Shown here in pieces: positions 56,995 through 64,000 of a stretch of DNA of 64,000 nucleotides. Origin of the DNA: Thermoanaerobaculia bacterium (GTDB taxonomy: Bacteria; Acidobacteriota; Thermoanaerobaculia; Multivoradales; JAGPDF01); NCBI GenBank assembly GCA_963788175.1, contig CAWBFZ010000008.1:64962-128961 (forward strand), read 5' to 3'. The position numbers were made by a program, and so were the translations under genes. A model generated the notes under the pieces. The model ran no database searches and had not been told where the DNA came from. It saw nothing but the letters and a program-made list of their open reading frames with translations. Every line of letters starts with the position of its first letter. Within the stretch, counting starts at the first letter, position 1.

Positions 56995-59072
56995 ATGCCT
57001 TCGCCCGCAACCTCCCGCCTCGGACCTCTGCCCGGATCCGTCCTGCCCGGATTGCTCTCCCGCTTCCGGCTGGCCCTCGGACTCGGGCTCGTCCTGGTCG
57101 TGCTGGGCACGCTGACCCGGGTGGCGCTCGTCCTCGCCGGGCAGAGCGAGGTCCCGCATTCGATCGCCACCCTGGTCCGCATCTTCGCCGCCGGCGCCCT
57201 GCTCGATCTCTGGGTCGCAGCCTGGTGCGTCCTGCCCCTGGTGCTCTATCTCGCCCTCCTCCCCGAACGCTGGTGGCAGGCGCGGTGGCAGCGGGTGGCG
57301 CTCACTGCCAGCCTGGCCGGCATCCTCTACGGGACGCTCTTCATCGCTGCGGCAGAGTGGTTCTTCTTCGAGGAGTTCGACAGCCGGTTCAACTTCGTTG
57401 CCGTCGACTACCTGCTCTACCCGACCGAAGTCGTCGACCAATATCTGGCAGAGCTACCCGACGGGAAAGATCCTCGTCGCGCTGGCGGCGATCGTGGCGG
57501 GCCTCTTCTTTGCGCTGCGGCACCGGCTCCGGCGCGCCCCGGAGGTCCCGGCGCCGCTCCTGGCCCGGATCACGGTGCTGTTCACCCATGCCGGCCTGCT
57601 GGCCCTGCTCGCCGTTTCGTTCTCGCCGCGGCCGCTGATCGAGCACTCGCCCGACCGCCTCGTCCGCGAGTTGACCTCGAACGGCACCTACGCTTTCGGC
57701 GAAGCCCTGCTCGGCCTCGACGCCCCCTACGACGGCTTCTACGCCACCCGCGACGCCAGCGCGAACCACCGGCGGCTCGAGGCGCTGCTCACCGAGCCGG
57801 CTTCGACCCCGGTCGTCCTCGCCCCGGGTTCCTCCGCCCGCGCCATTCGGGCGCTCTCTCCCGCGCGGCGCTGGAACGTCGTGCTGCTGCTCGAGGAGAG
57901 CCTGGGTTCGGAGTTCATCGGCGCCCTCCACCCCGACCACGACGAACACCTCACTCCCGAGTTCGATGCCCTGAGCCGGCAGGGCGTGCTCTTCACCCAG
58001 GCCTTCTCCACCGGCAACCGGACCATCCGGGCGATCGAGGCCACGACCTCCTCTCTGCCGCCGCTTCCCGGGGCGCCGATCGTGTCGCGCCGGGGGGCGC
58101 ACAGACCTCTTTACCCTGCCCGGCGTGCTGGGCGAAGAGGGCTACCAGACGCTCTTCGTCTACGGCGGCCGCGCGTTGTTCGACGGCATGGGCCCCTACC
58201 TCGCCGCCAACGGCATCCAGCGCATCGTCGAGCAGGCCGACTTCCCGGCGGGCGAGTTCGCGACCGCCTGGGGGGTCTCCGATCAGGCCATCTTCGACCG
58301 CTCCCTGGCCGAGATGGAGAGCATGGACCGGACCGGCAAGCCGTTCTTCACCATGATCCTGTCGGTCTCGAATCATCGCCCGTACACCTATCCCCCGGGC
58401 ACCATCGAGCCCCTGCCGGGCCTCAAGGGGCGCCAGAACGTGGTGCGCTATGCCGACTGGGCGATCGGGCGCTTCTTCCGCGCCGCGCGCGAGAAGTCGT
58501 TCTACGACCACACCCTCTTCGTCCTGATGGGGGACCACGGCGCCCGCGTCTACGGCGCAGCGACGATTCCGCTGGCGAGCTATCAGGTGCCGATCCTGAT
58601 GATCGCTCCCGGCGTTCTGCCGGCCGACACCCGGGTCGACACTCTCGCCTCGGCGCTCGATGTGCCGCCGACGATCCTCTCGATCCTCGGCCTCGCCTAC
58701 CGCTCCCGCTTCTTCGGTCACGACCTCCTGAACACGCCGGCGGACCGCGGCCGCGCCCTCTTGGTCCACAACGGTGACATCGCGCTGATGCGCAACGGTC
58801 AGATCGCCGTCCTCGGCCTGCGCCAGCAGACGGACGTTTTCGACGTCGACCAGGGGGGCGGAGATTTTCGCCAGGCAGACGAGCACGCCGGCCCGGCGGT
58901 GGAGTTGATCGACGATGCGATCGCCTACTTCCAATCGGCGGACCGGCTGGTGAGAAACGACGGCTACGGCCTCGCTGTCCCGGAGGCTGGGCCCGAGATC
59001 GCCCGGACGGCTCCGGCCGAGCGCGTGGCCGCCACCGGCAGGGGAGCCCCACCGGGGAAGTCCCCGATCTAG
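56995..59072 (+). pseudogene. LtaS/sulfatase-family membrane-anchored phosphoglycerol/phosphoethanolamine-transferase-like protein with two frame disruptions
   Basis: The N-terminal polytopic region lies in ORF 56992.., the middle in the frame of 57398.. (...NVVLLLEESLGSEFIGAL...FSTGNRTIRAIEA), and the C-terminal part in ORF 58125..59072 (...FFTMILSVSNHRPY...LMGDHGAR). Switches fall near 57435-57445 and 58090-58105. Confidence 0.75.
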
Positions 59073-59078
59073 AACGTT

Positions 59079-60215
59079 CTAGCGAAAGGTGCGCTTGACG
59101 CGCTCGACGTCGATACGGATGCGGCGCGTCCCCTTCTCGCCGCTCTTGCCTTCGTGGGAGGGGTCGAACTCGATCGGATTGACGATCTCCGAAAAGACGT
59201 CGCGCAGGGCGCGCGCGCCGGTGCGGTTTTCCTGCGATGCCTTCTCGGCGATCATCGCCGCGGCCATGTCGTCGATCTCGAGCACGATGTCGAGCGACTC
59301 GAAATAGCGCTGCGTGCGCGCCAGAGGCGAGTCGTAGCTCCCGAGGAGGATCTCCTTGAGGATCGCGGTGTTGAGGTCGTTCAGCACTACGACCTTGTCG
59401 AAGCGCGCCATGAACTGCGGCACCATGCCGTACTCGAAGAGATCCTTGATCTTGAGGAAATCGGCCAGCGAGAAGCGGGTTTCGAGCCGCACGCCGCCGT
59501 CCGCCGTCTTCACCGCCTCGGTCTTGATGCGCTCGCCGGAGCCCGAGCGGCTGACCCGGTTGTAAACCTGGTCGTAGAGCCCTTCGAACGCTCCGCCGCA
59601 GACGAACATCATCTTGCGGGTGTCGATCTCCACCGTCTGCTCGCGATCCTTCTCGCCGTCGAAGGCGTGCAGACGGTAAGGCACGCGCTCGCCCTCCATC
59701 AGGGTCAGCAGCCCCTGCTGCAGGACGACGCCGATCGGATTGGGCTTGCCGGCGATGACGGTCGACATCTTGTCGACCTCGTCGACGCAGACCGTGGCGC
59801 GCTCCATCGTCTCCTTGAGCGCCGCGAGGCTCGGCCGCTCGCCGAGGATGACGCGGGCGCGCTGCTCGATCGCCGAGAACATGCGGTCGGGGCGGAACTC
59901 CGTCCGGTCGCTGTCGACCAGGAGGTTGGCGTTCAGGATCGTCACGGCGCGGAAGTTCTCGAAGCCCGGCACCGTGTCGTAGAGCCGCTGGATATTGTTC
60001 ATGATCGTCGTCTTGCCGGTGCCCGACGATCCGATGAGCAGGATGTTGCCCGAGACCTTGCCCAGAAGGTGCTTGTGGATGGCGACCGAGGCGAAACGAA
60101 GAGCACGGTCCTGACCGAGGACGCCGCGCCGCAGCTCCTCGAACAACACCTTGGGGGTGATCGCCCCGTGGACTTCGGTCAGGGTCTCCGGACTCTTCGT
60201 CATCGCCTCGATCAT
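59079..60215 (-). CDS. ClpX/HslU-like AAA+ ATPase lacking the N-terminal zinc-binding domain
   Basis: From MIEAMTKSPE... Motifs: VLGQDRALRFASVAIHKH, Walker A IGSSGTGKTT, Walker B VCVDEVDKM, VVLQQGLLTLMEGERV, MVPQFMARFDKVVVLNDL, and sensor-2 context TGARALR. Confidence 0.7.
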   Translation of the reverse strand: MIEAMTKSPETLTEVHGAITPKVLFEELRRGVLGQDRALRFASVAIHKHLLGKVSGNILLIGSSGTGKTTIMNNIQRLYDTVPGFENFRAVTILNANLLVDSDRTEFRPDRMFSAIEQRARVILGERPSLAALKETMERATVCVDEVDKMSTVIAGKPNPIGVVLQQGLLTLMEGERVPYRLHAFDGEKDREQTVEIDTRKMMFVCGGAFEGLYDQVYNRVSRSGSGERIKTEAVKTADGGVRLETRFSLADFLKIKDLFEYGMVPQFMARFDKVVVLNDLNTAILKEILLGSYDSPLARTQRYFESLDIVLEIDDMAAAMIAEKASQENRTGARALRDVFSEIVNPIEFDPSHEGKSGEKGTRRIRIDVERVKRTFR

Positions 60216-60372
60216 ATCGGTGGTTTCCCCTCGGACGGTCGGTCTACGAGCGGGACTCCCCCGGCGTCTATCCCGGCGGCAGCGGAGGTCTGCTGCCGGC
60301 AGGCCGCAATTGCAGCATAATCCCGGCGTCGGCGGCACCGCGACCGCCCTCGCCGACCGCTGAAGATCTCCC

Positions 60373-61695
60373 ATGACCCCAACCGCCCCTGGCTCCCGTC
60401 CCGCCGGTCTCGAACTCGCGCTGCTGCTCCTGGCGGCGCTCGCCGCGAGTTGCGGCAGGCCCTCGGCCCCCCCGCCGGCTCCAGCTGCGGCACCCGCAGC
60501 CACGCCTGCCGGCCCGCGCGAAACCACGGAGGTCTCGCCGGAGCAGCTGGAGCAGTTTCGGTCGCTGGGCTATCTGAGCACGCGCGGCCTGCCACGGCTG
60601 GGGGCGGGGCAGGGGGTGAAGCTTCTGGATCGCACTCTGGCCTCCCCCGGATACACCCTCGTGGTCTTCGCGGGCAGCTGCGAGTGCCAGCTCCTCTCCC
60701 TGGAAGGCGAGGTCGTGCGCTCCTGGAAGGACGCGCCCTGTCATCGCTGGGAACATGCGGAGCTCCTGCCCGATGGCGATCTCGTGGTCGTCGGCGCGCG
60801 GCTCGACGAAAGCGCGGTCGAGGATCCGACCGACTCGGGCCGCTACCTGATGCGTCTCTCCTGGAACGGCGACGTCCGGTGGCGCAACGAGATGAACGCG
60901 CACCACGACGTCAGCCTGACTCCGGACGGCAACCTCCTGACGCTCGTGCTCGCACGACGCCGAATTCCCGCCATCGACCCGGACCACGACGTCGCCGACG
61001 ACCAGCTGACGCTCCTCACCCCGGACGGGAAAGTCGTCGAGAGCCTCTCGCTCTACGACCTCCTCGCAGCAGCGAAGTTTCCGTTCCAGCAGGCCGGTGG
61101 ACGCCGCGAGGGTGGGCGCCAGATCATCGACCTGCTGCACTGCAACGCGGCGCGGTGGAACCTTTACCCCGAGCTCGCGGTTCGCGGTCCGCTCTACGGA
61201 CGCGACACCGTGCTCGTCACTTCCCGGCACCAGGATGTGATCTTCATCGTCGACTGGAAGCGGCGCGAGCTCGTCTGGCACTGGGGGCGCGGCGTCCTCT
61301 CGGGCCCGCACGAGGCCTCGCTGACGAGCACCGGCAACATTCTGCTGTTCGACAACGGGCTCGTCCGCGAGTCCTCGCGGGTGATCGAGCTCGATCCCGC
61401 CTCGCCCGCCACCCTGCGCCAGTTCGCGCCCCGCAACTCGCGCTTCTTCGACCGCGTCATGGGCTCCTGTCAGCGATTGGCCAACGGCAACACGCTGATC
61501 GTCCATTCCGAAGGCGGCGCCGCTTTCGAACTGACGCCGGACGGCCGGCCCGCCTGGAGCTACACCGGGACCGAGCAGACTCCGAACGGCCACCGGGTGA
61601 AACTGATCCGGATGCGGAGAATTCCCCCCGCGGCGATCGAGAGCATCCTGCAGCGCCACGCGCGCGCCAGCGACGCCCGCGCGCCGGCGAAGTAG
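60373..61695 (+). CDS. Arylsulfotransferase (ASST)-family beta-propeller lipoprotein
   Basis: Lipobox LLLAALAASC. Motifs: NAHHDVSLTPDGNLLTL, LHCNA and GNILLFDNG, typical of the ASST-like family. Confidence 0.65.
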   Translation: MTPTAPGSRPAGLELALLLLAALAASCGRPSAPPPAPAAAPAATPAGPRETTEVSPEQLEQFRSLGYLSTRGLPRLGAGQGVKLLDRTLASPGYTLVVFAGSCECQLLSLEGEVVRSWKDAPCHRWEHAELLPDGDLVVVGARLDESAVEDPTDSGRYLMRLSWNGDVRWRNEMNAHHDVSLTPDGNLLTLVLARRRIPAIDPDHDVADDQLTLLTPDGKVVESLSLYDLLAAAKFPFQQAGGRREGGRQIIDLLHCNAARWNLYPELAVRGPLYGRDTVLVTSRHQDVIFIVDWKRRELVWHWGRGVLSGPHEASLTSTGNILLFDNGLVRESSRVIELDPASPATLRQFAPRNSRFFDRVMGSCQRLANGNTLIVHSEGGAAFELTPDGRPAWSYTGTEQTPNGHRVKLIRMRRIPPAAIESILQRHARASDARAPAK

Positions 61696-61704
61696 GATCC
61701 GCGT

Positions 61705-62409
61705 ATGGTCTCCGCGCTCCTCTCCGTCCAGGCCGCGTGCAAGCGCTACGAGCTCGGCGAGACCGAGGTCGTGGCGCTCGCCGGGGTCGATCTCGAGATC
61801 GGCGCCGGCGAGTTCGTGGCGATCGCCGGGCCCTCGGGGAGCGGCAAGTCGACGCTCCTGCATCTGCTGGGAGCGCTCGATTCCCCGGATTCCGGGTCGG
61901 TAGCGATCGAGGGCCGCGATCTCGCCAGCCTCTCCGAGCGCGAGCGCACCCTTCTGCGCCGCCGCCGGCTCGGCTTCGTCTTCCAGTCGTTCCATCTCGT
62001 GCCGGTGCTTTCGGCGCTCGAGAATGTCGAGTATCCGTTGTGGATCGACGACGTGCCAGCCACCGAGCGCCGCGAGCGAGCGCGGGCGATGCTCGCGGCG
62101 GTCGGGCTCGAGAACCGGCTCGAACATCGCCCCGACCGCCTCTCCGGCGGCGAGCGCCAGCGGGTCGCGATCGCCCGCGCCCTGGTCCACCGGCCGGTCG
62201 CGGTCCTCGCGGACGAACCCACCGGCAACCTCGACTCGGCGAACGGCGCGGCGATCTTCGAGCTCATGCTCGCCGTGCGCCGCGACCTCGGGACGACCTT
62301 CGTCCTCGCGACGCACGATCCCACCCTGATGGCGGGCTCGCCGCGGCGGATCGACCTCAAGGACGGGCAAGTCGTCTCCGACAGCCTCCTGCGCGGGGCC
62401 GGCGAATGA
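61705..62409 (+). CDS. ABC transporter ATP-binding protein (LolD/MacB-like)
   Basis: Walker A GPSGSGKST, signature LSGGERQRVAIARAL, Walker B VLADEPTGNLD. Confidence 0.9.
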   Translation: MVSALLSVQAACKRYELGETEVVALAGVDLEIGAGEFVAIAGPSGSGKSTLLHLLGALDSPDSGSVAIEGRDLASLSERERTLLRRRRLGFVFQSFHLVPVLSALENVEYPLWIDDVPATERRERARAMLAAVGLENRLEHRPDRLSGGERQRVAIARALVHRPVAVLADEPTGNLDSANGAAIFELMLAVRRDLGTTFVLATHDPTLMAGSPRRIDLKDGQVVSDSLLRGAGE

Positions 62410-63653
62410 AATTCGCGCTGTTCGCATTGCGCAATCTGGCCCGCAACCGGCGGCGGACCGCGATCTCGCTCGCCATCGTCGCGGCAGGGACAATCGGCCT
62501 CCAGCTCACCGCCGGCTTCATCCGATTCTCGTTCGACGGCCTGCGCGAAGCGATGATCCACGGCGGCCTCGGACACCTCGAGATCGCCAGCCGCGCGGCC
62601 GTCGCGAGCCGCGGGGAAGCCGCGCTCGACCGTTCGGTGCAACAGGGCATCGACGATTGGCAGGCGATCCGGGACACGGTCGAGAAGCTGCCGCACGTCG
62701 TCGCTGTGCAGGCCAATCTGCACCTCATGGGCATGATCCAGAAACCGGGCGGCGACTCGGTGTCGTTCGTCGGCGTCGGCGTCGAGCCCAACGTTGAGCG
62801 CCGGATGGGCTTCGAGACCAGGGTGCGGGAGGGCCGGGCGCTCGCCGAGCGAACGCCGGCGGAGGGCGAGGGCGAAGTGGTCCTGGCGCTCGGCCTCGCC
62901 GCCGCGCTGGGCGCCCGGCCCGGAGACATCCTCACGCTCCTGGCAGCCAGCCCGGACGGCATGTTGAACGCTCTCGACGTGAAGGTCGCCGGGCTCGTGA
63001 CCACCGGCGTCCAGGAGCTCGATACGCGCTACCTCAAGCTCCATCTGGCCACCGGCCAGCGGCTCCTCGCCACCAGTCGGGTGTCGAATCTCCTCGTCGG
63101 CCTGGACGACACTGCGTCGACGGTAGCCAGTCAGACTGCAGTCGCGGCGGCGCTCGCCAGCCACACTCCGGCGCTCGCCGTCACCTCCTGGGAGAAGCGT
63201 GCCGCGTTCTACAGCCAGGTGCGCAACCTCTATCTGGGGATCTTCTGGTTCCTCGGTTCCATCGTCTTCGTGCTCGTCGTCCTCGCCACGTCGAACACGC
63301 TGGTGATGACGGTGATGGAGCGGGTGCGCGAGATCGGCACCCTGCGCGCCATCGGCACGGCGCCGGGTCAGATTGCAGCAATGGTGCTGTGGGAGGCCCT
63401 CTGGCTCGGCGTGCTCGGCGCCCTCGTCGGCGACGCGCTCGGCGCCGCAGCCATCGCCGGCATCAACGGCCTGCACCTCAAGATGCCGCCGCCACCGGGC
63501 GCTGTCGACCCGATCGATCTGCAGCTCGCCTTCGTCCCGGAGGCCTTCGTCGCCATCGTCGCCGTGATGGCCGCCGTCCTGCTCGTCGCCGCCATCGCTC
63601 CCGTCCTCCGCGCCACCCGCATCTCCGTCGTCGAAGCGCTGCGGCATGTCTGA
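62406..63653 (+). CDS. ABC transporter permease (FtsX/LolE-like)
   Basis: The ATG at 62406 overlaps the ATPase stop (ATGA). MKFALFALRNLARNRRRTAISLAIVAAG...MERVREIGTLRAIGT... Confidence 0.85.
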   Translation: MKFALFALRNLARNRRRTAISLAIVAAGTIGLQLTAGFIRFSFDGLREAMIHGGLGHLEIASRAAVASRGEAALDRSVQQGIDDWQAIRDTVEKLPHVVAVQANLHLMGMIQKPGGDSVSFVGVGVEPNVERRMGFETRVREGRALAERTPAEGEGEVVLALGLAAALGARPGDILTLLAASPDGMLNALDVKVAGLVTTGVQELDTRYLKLHLATGQRLLATSRVSNLLVGLDDTASTVASQTAVAAALASHTPALAVTSWEKRAAFYSQVRNLYLGIFWFLGSIVFVLVVLATSNTLVMTVMERVREIGTLRAIGTAPGQIAAMVLWEALWLGVLGALVGDALGAAAIAGINGLHLKMPPPPGAVDPIDLQLAFVPEAFVAIVAVMAAVLLVAAIAPVLRATRISVVEALRHV

Positions 63654-64000
63654 GCAGCACGCGAAGACGGAAACGGCTGACATCGGCGCGCGCCGCAAGT
63701 GTCGAGCAAGCGAGCCGTGCAACCCCTGCGGCTGGGCTCTCGCCACGGCTTTGCTTCTTTCCTTTACCAGCAGCCTTTTTCTTTCTCCCCGGCCGTCCGC
63801 TGCGTTGGAAGAAATCGGCAAAGTGGCGCCTTCGGCGCGGGTGGCCGCCGCCGACGCCGAGCTTCTGGCGGCGAGCGATCTCTTTGCCGCGGCGCCGGCG
63901 GAGTTTCGCGTCGAAGTCGAGGTTCGCCAAGGCACCGCCGCAAGCGGCATGCCGCTCGAGATCTGGCGGCATGGCGAGGAGCTGGCGCTCGTCCGCCTGC
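63646..64000 (+). CDS. Putative LolA-like / outer-membrane lipoprotein-sorting-type periplasmic protein, N-terminal part (runs off the window)
   Basis: Absent from the ORF track because there is no stop in the window. Manual translation from the ATG at 63646 gives MSEQHAKTETADIGARRKCRASEPCNPCGWALATALLLSFTSSLFLSPRPSAALEE...FRVEVEVRQGTAASGMPLEIWRHGEELALVRL. It overlaps the permease stop. The family call rests on context plus a weak pattern. Confidence 0.45.
   Translation, partial: MSEQHAKTETADIGARRKCRASEPCNPCGWALATALLLSFTSSLFLSPRPSAALEEIGKVAPSARVAAADAELLAASDLFAAAPAEFRVEVEVRQGTAASGMPLEIWRHGEELALVRL
63757..63795 (+). repeat. Polypyrimidine element, copy (c), sense strand inside the LolA-like gene
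   Basis: CTTTCCTTTACCAGCAGCCTTTTTCTTTCTCCCCGGCCG. Confidence 0.7.

Overview
Calls rest on manual motif and family recognition in the six-frame track plus reading the DNA; no database search or statistics were run. The window is a very GC-rich (about 70% by eye, not computed) bacterial chromosomal segment with roughly 60 protein-coding genes. I recognised no rRNA, tRNA, CRISPR array, transposase or integrase.

Layout:
- 1-10.7 kb: a co-directional minus-strand array of Trm112-like, O-antigen-ligase-like, ispA, dxs, tlyA, nadK, tamB-like and BamA/TamA-like genes. Many junctions are ATGA-type start/stop overlaps.
- 10.9-21.3 kb: a sugar-nucleotide/glycan modification locus, interrupted by vapBC and a CSLREA-domain secreted protein.
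- 21.4-30.3 kb: prolyl oligopeptidase, sufT, a repeat-rich intergenic region, an alpha/beta hydrolase, tdh-kbl, two adjacent HigB/HigA-type toxin-antitoxin (TA) modules, and an uncharacterised orphan gene with SLOG-like motifs.
- 30.5-42.3 kb: accessory and secreted genes (IPTL-CTERM protein, aldehyde dehydrogenase, SDR, secreted hypothetical, qor, a giant Kelch propeller, rmuC).
- 42.4-64 kb: ampG-like MFS transporter, MacAB-like efflux genes, FKBP-like protein, sahR-ahcY, SDR, pepE, aminotransferase, HD protein, exeA/gspB-like pair, LtaS-like protein, a ClpX-like AAA+ ATPase, and an ASST-like lipoprotein-ABC-FtsX-LolA-like operon.

Most notable observations:
1. A four-copy, roughly 40-nt strand-asymmetric AT-rich (polypyrimidine) element with an exact TTTCCTTTAC core. 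It sits in-frame inside three genes and in one intergenic spacer.
2. A TA islet with the adjacent SLOG-like orphan.
3. A C-terminal motif, IFxD[GA]F[EA]xGx[ST]xxWS, shared by three secreted proteins, next to a separate IPTL-CTERM protein.
4. At least 30 reading-frame disruptions concentrated in particular genes, especially 30.5-41.1 kb, while two stretches of 14-17 kb are clean. This could be assembly indels or real gene decay; I cannot tell which from sequence alone.
5. REP-like 72-nt hairpin elements, and a 19-bp triplication that places the same AIARR-stop ending in all three frames.
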